This document shows, in pieces, positions 1 through 7,559 of a stretch of 64,000 nucleotides of DNA. How positions within the stretch are numbered: the stretch's first letter is position 1; every line of letters begins with the position of its first letter. Source of the stretch: Candidatus Saccharimonadota bacterium (GTDB lineage: Bacteria; Patescibacteriota; Saccharimonadia; Saccharimonadales; Saccharimonadaceae). The notes below the pieces were generated by a model that saw nothing but the letters and a program-made list of their open reading frames with translations, ran no database searches and was not told where the DNA came from. The stretch lies in contig JAFRAS010000007.1 in NCBI GenBank assembly GCA_017405265.1, positions 3,524-67,523 on the forward strand, written 5' to 3'. The translations under genes and the position numbers were made by a program.

Positions 1-416
1 ATACGATTGACCTCCCTTACGTCACCAAAAAGCTCAACGAAATCGCCGGGAAAAAGGTCGATTTGAAAAATCTCGCCGCCTTCCTCGCCGAACATCTCCA
101 CTATTCTTGCGTCGGTATCATCGTCGGCGGAAAACTCTACTCCTCCGACCCCACTCATTCTCTCGCTCGTCCCGAGCTCGAAGCTCTCCGCGCCCTCCCC
201 TCGCCGAAATCCGGCCTCTGGCAATCTCTTGATCCCGCGAAGCTCTCGCCCGTTTTTGAACAAGCCGGCCTGACCGCCGTCGCCGAGTTGAAAACTCCAG
301 ACGGTCGTCGCGTGGCACAACTTCTCGTGGGTACCCCCTTGTCGAAGAGAAAGTCCGAAAAAAACCTTGCCGACCTCGAAATGATTTTGAACCTGGTTAC
401 CGCCATCATAAAATAG
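1..416 (+). CDS. 3' part of an unknown protein, possibly a GAF-like C-terminal domain; 5'-truncated by the window
   Basis: Frame is open from position 3 to TAG at 416; codon usage matches neighbouring genes. Confidence 0.55.
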   Translation, partial: TIDLPYVTKKLNEIAGKKVDLKNLAAFLAEHLHYSCVGIIVGGKLYSSDPTHSLARPELEALRALPSPKSGLWQSLDPAKLSPVFEQAGLTAVAELKTPDGRRVAQLLVGTPLSKRKSEKNLADLEMILNLVTAIIK

Positions 417-425
417 GGAACGAAA

Positions 426-1400
426 ATGTCTGCCGCCATGCTCAAAAAAACTCGCCTGACCGTCCTCCTCTCTTTGAATGCAGCCGCGATTTTGATTGCC
501 GGCATCCTGATTGCCTCCGCCCTCGGCTTTAATATCGGTGAATTCCACGTCGTCGCCTCTCGCACCGACGAAGTTGACACCGAACTCATCGCCGACGGCG
601 CCGATCTCGAAGCCGCCTCGACTGACAAGTCCGCCATCCACGATTCCACTGGCAGCGGTGGCATTATCTCTTCTGACTTTTCCATTTCCTCCGGCACCCG
701 CACCTGGATTTCGACCGACCCCGTGAATTTCGGCGAACTCTGGAATGAAAATGAAGTGACGATTTACCGCTCCGCCGACATTGACCTCTGTGCCGGTGGC
801 GGTCTTTCGGGTCTTGGCGCCATGTATTGGCAATCGAGCAATCATTCCGTCATCTCGAATTTCTACTCCGGCGCCCGCACCTGGCTCGGCTTTAATAACG
901 AAACTTGTCGTTTCCCGATTGTCGAAAACGTAGGTGACACCGTCGTGACCGCCGGCACTTACGACGGTTCTCGTCGCGATTCCATCACCGTCCACGTCAT
1001 CGACATCCCCGTCGAGGAGTGGAAACGCGAGATTCTGACCCTGACGAACCAAATCCGCGTCGAAAACGGCCTCCCGACTCTCGTCTGGGGGACGACTTGC
1101 GAAAAAGCCGCCCAACTCCGCGCCGAAGAAATTGTCTCTGTCTATTCCCATACTCGCCCCGACGGCTCGCCCTGGTCCACTGTTTGCGAAATCCCCTCGA
1201 CCGGCGGCTCCTCCGGCGAGAACTTAATGGCAGGAAACGCCGCCCCCTCCCCCGAAACCGTCGTCGCCGCCTGGGTGAACTCGAAAGACCACCTCGAGAA
1301 TATCTTAAACCCCGACTTCACCCACCTCGCCGTCGGCCTCGTCTTCGACCCTTCCTCGAAACTGAAGATTTATTGGTCTGAGTTCTTCTCAACTTACTAA
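426..1400 (+). CDS. Membrane-anchored CAP/SCP-domain protein
   Basis: N-terminal TM helix; C-terminal CAP motifs LTNQIRVENGL, SHTRPDG, GENL, WVNSKDHLENIL. Confidence 0.85.
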   Translation: MSAAMLKKTRLTVLLSLNAAAILIAGILIASALGFNIGEFHVVASRTDEVDTELIADGADLEAASTDKSAIHDSTGSGGIISSDFSISSGTRTWISTDPVNFGELWNENEVTIYRSADIDLCAGGGLSGLGAMYWQSSNHSVISNFYSGARTWLGFNNETCRFPIVENVGDTVVTAGTYDGSRRDSITVHVIDIPVEEWKREILTLTNQIRVENGLPTLVWGTTCEKAAQLRAEEIVSVYSHTRPDGSPWSTVCEIPSTGGSSGENLMAGNAAPSPETVVAAWVNSKDHLENILNPDFTHLAVGLVFDPSSKLKIYWSEFFSTY

Positions 1401-1422
1401 TTTTATGATATAATGTGCCTAT

Positions 1423-1498
1423 GGGGTAGTAGCTCATCTGGTAGAGCGCAGCATTCGCATTGCTGAGGTGGGGAGTTCGAGTCTCCCCTACTCCACCA
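1423..1498 (+). tRNA. tRNA-Ala(CGC)
   Basis: Acceptor GGGGTAG/CTACTCC with G3:U70, anticodon arm CAGCA-TTCGCAT-TGCTG, TTCGA T-loop, encoded CCA; TGATATAAT upstream. Confidence 0.97.
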
Positions 1499-1507
1499 CA
1501 AACAACG

Positions 1508-1532
1508 GCGACGCTAACGCGTCGCGCTTTTT
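1508..1532 (+). terminator. Terminator-like hairpin after tRNA-Ala
   Basis: GCGACGC-TAAC-GCGTCGC followed by a T-run; same stem follows tRNA-Glu. Confidence 0.7.
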
Positions 1533-1578
1533 GTTTTCAACAAAAAGCGTGTTTCGCGAAGCGAAACACCGTTGTTTG

Positions 1579-1721
1579 TGGAAGGGCGCGAAGCGATACT
1601 TCTTTTCCTTCGGAAAAGAAGTTAGAGCGAGCGACCTACCACAAAATACTCAATTTTTTGGAAGGGCGCGAAGCGATACTTCTTTTCCTTCGGAAAAGAA
1701 GTTAGAGCGAGCGACCTACCA
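1579..1721. repeat. Two identical 63-bp structured direct repeats (1579-1641, 1659-1721), family D
   Basis: TGGAAGGGCGCGAAGCGATAC-hairpin-GTTAGAGCGAGCGACCTACCA, period 80 bp; third copy at 53583. Confidence 0.9.
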
Positions 1722-1729
1722 TGAAAAGG

Positions 1730-1764
1730 GAAGCTCCGAGAAAAAGTAGTTTTCTCTGCGCTTC
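1730..1764. repeat. Internally deleted remnant of palindrome family A
   Basis: GAAGCTCCGAGAAAA joined to AGTAGTTTTCTCTGCGCTTC matches the two ends of the 50227-50392 element. Confidence 0.7.
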
Positions 1765-1781
1765 TTTAAAAGGTCTCGCAA

Positions 1782-1947
1782 GGGAAGTTCTTAAAACTCG
1801 CTTTTCTGCAGTTATAAAAAATAATCATTTAAAAATTTCTTGAAACAGGTCGAGTACGTGATAGTCCACGGCGCAGACCTGCCTTGAAAGAAATTTTTAA
1901 ATAGATTATTTTTTATAGGCAAAGAAAAAGAGTTTTAAGAACTTCCC
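1782..1947. repeat. 166-bp imperfect palindrome, family A (MITE/REP-like)
   Basis: GGGAAGTTCTTAAAACTC...GAGTTTTAAGAACTTCCC with pairing continuing to the centre. Confidence 0.9.
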
Positions 1948-1960
1948 AAACAACACCTTA

Positions 1961-1989
1961 TTGACAAAATCTCTACTTTGTGCTATAAT
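1961..1989 (+). promoter_or_regulatory. Consensus sigma70 promoter
   Basis: TTGACA-17bp-TATAAT with extended TG. Confidence 0.85.
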
Positions 1990-2039
1990 AGAGACATATA
2001 TTGGTTCCCGAGTGAGCCCGCACCTTAAAGGAGGAAAAT

Positions 2040-2198
2040 ATGAAAACTATTTTAGAGACCCTCGCCAACATTCTTCTGTTCATTTTTATCTGTATTCTCT
2101 ACGTCATCATCTACCCGCTCAGCCTCATCGAAGACCTCATCTACAAGAAGAAATCCCGCGCATCCGAAAAAGCCGAATACTACCACCGCTATCTTTGA
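2040..2198 (+). CDS. 52-aa single-TM peptide (not in the ORF track), type I toxin-like
   Basis: MKTILETLANILLFIFICILYVIIYPLSLIEDLIYKKKSRASEKAEYYHRYL; own promoter, SD AAAGGAGG, terminator. Confidence 0.8.
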   Translation: MKTILETLANILLFIFICILYVIIYPLSLIEDLIYKKKSRASEKAEYYHRYL

Positions 2199-2208
2199 GT
2201 CCTCCTCT

Positions 2209-2231
2209 GCCCCGCCCCGGCGGGGCTTTTT
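2209..2231 (+). terminator. Intrinsic terminator
   Basis: GCCCCGC-CCCG-GCGGGGC-TTTTT. Confidence 0.8.
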
Positions 2232-2339
2232 ATTGCACCCAATAGTTGCTGGCGTTTTTCTCCCGCCGCGCCTATAATCGCGAAAGAAAGGAGGACGAAA
2301 AAATAGATTTACGTTATAATAATTTCAAGGAACTCATGT

Positions 2340-2936
2340 ATGAAATTCAAGGATAATCTCCGAAAAATCCGCACCGCCGCCCATTTTTCGCAAGAAAAAT
2401 TGGCCGAGAGAATGTCCGTATCTCGCCAAACCATCACCAAATGGGAGAACGGCGCGAGTCTTCCGAGCACGGAACACATCTTGAAGCTCGCCGAGGTTCT
2501 TTCTTGTACTTTTGACGAGCTCGTTCTCGGCGAAAAAGTAAGCAATATCAGTACAAAGAAGCCGCCTATGCTAAAAACGCTTTTTACGGCAACTGCTCTC
2601 ATCACGCTGAGTCTCATTTTTGCCTTCGGTCTATTCCGCCTAAGCTTTAATCGCGATAGTCTCGACCGCGCCAAATTGGCGACCTTTGGCGCCTTAGCCG
2701 AAGATTTTGTCGCGAGTACCGACCTTCTCCCCGAAACCGCCGAGAAGAAAATCGTCGGCTACGGTATCTCTGCCGAAGATGGCGCTTTTTACATCAAATG
2801 CGACCTGAAGGACGCCGACGGCCACTGCTCCGCCATCATCTATTTTTGCAAAAACGCCGACGGCTATTTTTACCGTTGCGAGCTCCTTACTGACCCCGAC
2901 TTTCGCCCGAGCGGCACTTATTATCAACTTGTCTAA
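2340..2936 (+). CDS. XRE/Cro-family HTH regulator with TM helix and C-terminal domain
   Basis: LRKIR..FSQEKLAERMSVSRQTITKWENG..P motif; hydrophobic segment ~aa 80-100. Confidence 0.88.
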   Translation: MKFKDNLRKIRTAAHFSQEKLAERMSVSRQTITKWENGASLPSTEHILKLAEVLSCTFDELVLGEKVSNISTKKPPMLKTLFTATALITLSLIFAFGLFRLSFNRDSLDRAKLATFGALAEDFVASTDLLPETAEKKIVGYGISAEDGAFYIKCDLKDADGHCSAIIYFCKNADGYFYRCELLTDPDFRPSGTYYQLV

Positions 2937-2945
2937 AGGAATTTT

Positions 2946-3596
2946 ATGAAAAAAGCCCTACTTGTTATAAGCATAATAATTTTTACGCTTACCGTTATAG
3001 CTTTAATCGCGAGCGCTCCGAAGCCAGACGAAAACTTTTCGGCCGACTCGATTATCGAAGCGTCGAGTAGAACCGGCAATCTCCCCGAAAAAATCATCGG
3101 CGACCCCGACCTTGCCACATTGATAATCTACGAATATGCCGATTATGCCTGCCCGCACTGCTCGGATTTCAACGACGAGATGAACGCTCTCCTTGAAAAA
3201 TATGGCGACCGCCTCGCCTTAGTTTTTCGTAGCTACGACCTCGGACTTTCCAAAAATAGCCAATCTGCCTCCCGCGCCGCCACCGCCGCCGAGATTCAAG
3301 GCTGTTGGAAGGAATATAAAGACCTGCTTTTCAAACACCAATCTGAATGGGTTTACGCCGACAATAAAACCCTGAACGAATTATTACTTAAATATTTCGA
3401 GCGTGCCTCGAGCGGCGCCGGCGACACCGAAAAATTCAAGAATGACATGAAAAGCTCCGAGGTGAAAAAGCGTGTAGATTTTGAACAAAAACTAGGTAAA
3501 AGCATAAACCTCAAAGGCACCCCCACCTTCCGCGCCAACGGCGAAGACTTGCCCCTCGAAACCCTCTCCTCTACCATCGAAAGCCTAATGAAATAG
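2946..3596 (+). CDS. DsbA-family thiol-disulfide oxidoreductase
   Basis: EYADYACPHC and GTPTF cis-Pro loop; N-terminal anchor. Confidence 0.92.
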   Translation: MKKALLVISIIIFTLTVIALIASAPKPDENFSADSIIEASSRTGNLPEKIIGDPDLATLIIYEYADYACPHCSDFNDEMNALLEKYGDRLALVFRSYDLGLSKNSQSASRAATAAEIQGCWKEYKDLLFKHQSEWVYADNKTLNELLLKYFERASSGAGDTEKFKNDMKSSEVKKRVDFEQKLGKSINLKGTPTFRANGEDLPLETLSSTIESLMK

Positions 3597-3612
3597 TGCG
3601 GATATTTTAGAT

Positions 3613-3641
3613 TTGATTTTGTCTCCTTAATGATATATAAT
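3613..3641 (+). promoter_or_regulatory. Sigma70 promoter
   Basis: TTGATT-17bp-TATAAT. Confidence 0.7.
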
Positions 3642-3646
3642 TAAAC

Positions 3647-3776
3647 TGTTCTGAATTTCAAATCTGTAAACGGGTCCGCCACTAATATGATTAGTTGCCC
3701 AAGGATTATGCCCCATGTGGAGCACTCGCTCCAGTAGGCATAAACCGCCCGTCTGCAGAAAATGAAGTTCAGAACA
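3647..3776 (+). ncRNA. Candidate structured RNA/leader upstream of nuclease gene
   Basis: 3647-3660 pairs with 3763-3776 and 3663-3674 with 3748-3759, enclosing two hairpins; G-U wobbles on the + strand. Confidence 0.6.
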
Positions 3777-3832
3777 CTCCATAGCGAGCGTTCCACTTGG
3801 TTTATGGGGCTATAAAATTAAGGAGGGATCCT

Positions 3833-5155
3833 ATGACCAACTGGGAAAAATTATGCGAGCTAATCACTAATGATAAAACTTTTGGTAAGGCGAAACGACG
3901 ATACGGTGGAGACGGAAAAGGGGAGAAAGAGAGAAGGTTCGAGGATCACTTCGCAGAATATTTATTTACGGTTTTCGATTGGGCATCGTCAGAGATTAAG
4001 CGACAGGCGAGTCTACCGGTCGGCAGCAATAATAGAGCTATTCTGGACATTATGCTCGTAAAGGATGAGGAACAACCGTTTATATTCGAATTAAAGAACT
4101 ATACAGTTTTTCCGGATAGTGCCGGGTATGCCGAGATACAATCGCAAATTAAACTGGCAAATACAAATTTCGGTATTTTTACCAATGGAATTACTTTGCA
4201 CTTATTGTATCGCACAAGTTTCGACAAAGACCCAGAAGAAATTTTTTGCGTATCATATCTGGACAGAACAAATGAGGAGGCGATTGAGCTATGTAATCTA
4301 CTAGATGGAAAATCATATTCTACGAAAAACTTGGTGGCTTTTTGCGAAAAGCTCAAGAAGGCAATTAAGACCGAGTATGAAAATAATCCAAGGCTATTTA
4401 TGATCTCGAGCCAGATGAACAAAGAGCGCGACGAGAAGATTCAACGGATGATAGCAAAATATATTAAATGGATAAATGACAATCCGAAAGAGTATGAGGC
4501 AGCTTTCTCATTTAAGAAAGAACGAAAATGGATACGCGATAATATCTTCGATACCGAGAAGTTGCGCACATTGCCGGATGACGAATATTCGCAGCTAATG
4601 CACGAAATCCCAAAACACACATTAGCAATTAATGGATATGCAATGATGATGTTGTATGGAGAAAAAAATGGGAAACCATTACCAGAAATGGGCATTATTG
4701 GAGACCGAAAGAAATTTATCAAATGCATAGAATATCTTAATTCAATCCCGAGAAAAGATGCGCGAGAGGCTTTAAAAAACTTTACGACTAATGGTTCGGA
4801 ATATAAGATATTGGGAGTTGGCAAGATGTTTTGGTCGGAGATGATCAGGTGCAAATTCGATAATATCCCATTGCAGAATAATAAGACGAACAAGTTTTTT
4901 AGAGCAATTGGCATCGAGTTGGGTTTTTCGCCAGAGCAAAAGAGCCAAAGCATAGTTTACTGCTACAATAGGTGGCTCTCCGAATGGAACAAAGACAAAA
5001 ATCATCTGCAGCTCGATTCTTCGGTTCTTAGCCACATGGAACATTTTGCTCTCGCGAGTGAGGAGGGCGAAAAATATCTAAGCCAAGAATTTGGTTATAC
5101 GCCGGAGGGCGAATCCGGCGACCAATCAAAATCATGGATACCGAAAAATCCATAA
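3833..5155 (+). CDS. Restriction-like nuclease: HsdR N-terminal-type PD-(D/E)xK domain plus unknown C-terminal domain
   Basis: LDIMLV...FIFELK, FGIFTNG; SD AAGGAGG before ATG 3833; AT-rich, atypical codon usage. Confidence 0.75.
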   Translation: MTNWEKLCELITNDKTFGKAKRRYGGDGKGEKERRFEDHFAEYLFTVFDWASSEIKRQASLPVGSNNRAILDIMLVKDEEQPFIFELKNYTVFPDSAGYAEIQSQIKLANTNFGIFTNGITLHLLYRTSFDKDPEEIFCVSYLDRTNEEAIELCNLLDGKSYSTKNLVAFCEKLKKAIKTEYENNPRLFMISSQMNKERDEKIQRMIAKYIKWINDNPKEYEAAFSFKKERKWIRDNIFDTEKLRTLPDDEYSQLMHEIPKHTLAINGYAMMMLYGEKNGKPLPEMGIIGDRKKFIKCIEYLNSIPRKDAREALKNFTTNGSEYKILGVGKMFWSEMIRCKFDNIPLQNNKTNKFFRAIGIELGFSPEQKSQSIVYCYNRWLSEWNKDKNHLQLDSSVLSHMEHFALASEEGEKYLSQEFGYTPEGESGDQSKSWIPKNP

Positions 5156-5429
5156 ATTAATCTCTTGATGTGATAAAATATAAGCGAACCCACTGCGCGG
5201 CGAGCATTCACCTACCGCAAAGGGTTCCCTTTTTATGTCAATATCGCTTTTCTGAAGAGGTACGAAAAACTACTTTTTATCTCTCAAAGAAGTCGCACTC
5301 GGGAAGTTTTTCAAAGCGCAAAGCATTTACTATTTCGAACAGTGTAAATTTTTTGCCTATTTCAATTTTTTCGCGGGACAGGTCAGGTATAGAAGCGCAG
5401 AGAAAACTGCTTTTCGCAGCATGAGCAGG

Positions 5430-5600
5430 GGGAAGCTCCTAAACTCTTTTCTTTACGGTATTCCGATTTGTTTTATGTAAAAAATACAGCAGACGCTACG
5501 TTTCAAAATTACGCAGTTTAAAAATTTTGAAACTAGCCCGGATGCTGTATTTTTTACAATAAAACAAGTCGCGTAAAGAAAAGAGCTTTAGGAACTTCCC
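5430..5600. repeat. 171-bp imperfect palindrome with family A-like ends
   Basis: GGGAAGCTCCTAAACTCTTTTCTTTACG...CGTAAAGAAAAGAGCTTTAGGAACTTCCC. Confidence 0.85.
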
Positions 5601-5668
5601 ATAATCTCCTTGACATTTCCCCCACAATAATGTATAATAATCCCAAATCTATCATTTGGGAGTTTTTA

Positions 5669-6085
5669 ATGAATCAAACTAACTATGCCAACCCTCGCCG
5701 CCGCGTGATTATCATTACCGCCATCGCGGGCATTTTGTTGCTTGGCCTTATTATCATCCTCGTCGCCACCATCGCCGGCGGCACCAAACGTCGCGCCTCG
5801 ACCGACCAAACCACCGTCGCGACCACCACTACCGAAACCAAATCCGCCACCGACACCAAAGTCGAGCCCGTCGACAACTCCAATCAGTCCGCCACTAGCT
5901 CAAAGCCCGCCGAAACCGCCACGGCCGTGAAAAACGAGACAAAAACCGAGGTAAAAACCGAAACGAGCACCTCGAACCTCCCGACCACCGGCCCCGAAGA
6001 TTCGCTTCTCCCCCTCGGCGCGATCTTAATCTCCCTCGCGATTTATCTGAACTCTGCGAAAACCGCCCGCCGGAATCTCGCCTAA
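5669..6085 (+). CDS. Small Thr-rich surface protein with LPxTG sorting signal
   Basis: N-terminal TM, LPTTG + hydrophobic + basic tail; TTGACA/TATAAT promoter at ~5609-5637. Confidence 0.8.
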   Translation: MNQTNYANPRRRVIIITAIAGILLLGLIIILVATIAGGTKRRASTDQTTVATTTTETKSATDTKVEPVDNSNQSATSSKPAETATAVKNETKTEVKTETSTSNLPTTGPEDSLLPLGAILISLAIYLNSAKTARRNLA

Positions 6086-6709
6086 CTCAAACTCTCCAAA
6101 TCTCAACCTCTTGAGCCTCTCAACCTCGTATCCCCTCGCGGCAAAAGTCCGCCGAATCTGGCGATTTCGCCCCTCATGCATCTCGACTTCATATTCTCTC
6201 ACCCCAATTTTTTTGAGTTTCAATTTTGAAATCCCGTCAAAAATCTCCACTCCCTCCTCGATTTTAGCAAAATCCTCTGGTAACAATTCTCTATCTAACG
6301 TCGCGTGGTAGATTTTCGTCTTCGAAAATTTCGGGTGCGTCATTCTGAACGCGAAATCTCCGTCATTCGTAAGCAAAATCAGCCCCTCACTATCCGCGTC
6401 GAGTCGCCCGACCGTCTTGAGCTCAAAAAACTCCTTCGGCAGAATCGAATAAATCGTCGGGTTTTCTCCCTGTTGCCGGCGCGAGCAGACGTATCCTCGC
6501 GGTTTATTAAATAAAAGATAAGTAAATTCCGTAAAAAACGGTATTATCTTACCATTATACCACACTTTGTCGTTTTTGTCAACCCTGTCCCCAATCTCGG
6601 CCCTTTTCTCGTTGATTTTCACCTTCCCAGTATCAATCAAAATATCCGCCTCGCGTCGCGAAACTCCGAGCCTCTCCGCTAAAAACTTATTTAATCTGAC
6701 TTTTTCCAT
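6026..6709 (-). CDS. RsuA/RluB-family rRNA pseudouridine synthase
   Basis: S4 domain RLNKFLA, GRLD catalytic motif, EGRNRQIRR. Confidence 0.93.
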   Translation of the reverse strand: MEKVRLNKFLAERLGVSRREADILIDTGKVKINEKRAEIGDRVDKNDKVWYNGKIIPFFTEFTYLLFNKPRGYVCSRRQQGENPTIYSILPKEFFELKTVGRLDADSEGLILLTNDGDFAFRMTHPKFSKTKIYHATLDRELLPEDFAKIEEGVEIFDGISKLKLKKIGVREYEVEMHEGRNRQIRRTFAARGYEVERLKRLRFGEFELGEIPAGGFRRVQINREGD

Positions 6710-7539
6710 TATTGCGCAGAGAAAATCCCGGGCACTGGTTCACTCGGTGTCGCCGGTTCGGCCGGTTTCGGTGCGGTCGGAGCTGCCGGGGCCGCTGTCA
6801 TTGGCGGCTGAGTTGGAATTGCTGACTGAGCAGGCGCCACTGGAGTCGCGGGCATTTCTGGCGCCACCGGAGCCACTGGAGCTTCTGGCACTGCCGGAGC
6901 CTCAGGTGCAGGCGCCGGAGCGACTGGTACAGGAGTCGGAACAGGAGCCGGTGCAGGCGCAGGCGTTGCAACTGGCGCAGGCGTTGGTGCGGGCGGAGTC
7001 ATTGGCGCGGGAGTCGGAGCTACTGGCGCGCCAGGCTGCGGAGACGGCAGTGGCTGCGACGATGGAGGAGTAGCAAAGGGAGCTGTATTTGACATACTGC
7101 TCCCGAGCAACGCATCTCCAGAGGAAGCAGGCGCCGCCGGATTTGCAGCCTGAGCCGCATCCGCAGTCTGGCGGTCATTCAAAACTTCATGAATAGTATT
7201 CACGACATCCTCAATCCCGACCTGGCTCTTCACGAGATATCTATCCGCCCCGAGCGCCTCACCCCGTGCTCTCTGGTCCTCCGACGACAACGCCGTCATC
7301 ATAATCACTTTCACATTCGCCGTCTCGGGCGTCGTCCGGAGAATATCGAGCATATCAAACCCCGAAATCTTCGGCATCATTACATCCGACAAAATCAAAG
7401 TCGGCTTTTCGCGCACCGCCACCGCAAGCGCCTCCTCGCCGTCCCCGGCGGAAACCACGGTATATCCCTCGGCTGTCAGTCGCACGGAATAAATCTCTCG
7501 AAGACTCGCGTCGTCCTCAACTACCATTACCTTTGTCAT
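6709..7539 (-). CDS. Response regulator receiver domain with Pro/Ala-rich tail
   Basis: VVEDD, SDVMMP, YLVK; no DNA-binding output domain. Confidence 0.9.
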   Translation of the reverse strand: MTKVMVVEDDASLREIYSVRLTAEGYTVVSAGDGEEALAVAVREKPTLILSDVMMPKISGFDMLDILRTTPETANVKVIMMTALSSEDQRARGEALGADRYLVKSQVGIEDVVNTIHEVLNDRQTADAAQAANPAAPASSGDALLGSSMSNTAPFATPPSSQPLPSPQPGAPVAPTPAPMTPPAPTPAPVATPAPAPAPVPTPVPVAPAPAPEAPAVPEAPVAPVAPEMPATPVAPAQSAIPTQPPMTAAPAAPTAPKPAEPATPSEPVPGIFSAQ

Positions 7540-7559
7540 ATTTTCCTCCGTTTTCTCTA

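Noticed and set aside
1579-1721. CRISPR array
   Set aside because: Only two 63-bp repeats with a 17-bp spacer and no cas genes
3647-3776. Retron msr-msd, 6S RNA or SRP RNA
   Set aside because: No reverse transcriptase in the window; no SRP GGAA helix or clear 6S central bubble recognised
1499-5600. Integrative element at tRNA-Ala
   Set aside because: Accessory-looking, but no integrase and no duplicated tRNA 3' end seen
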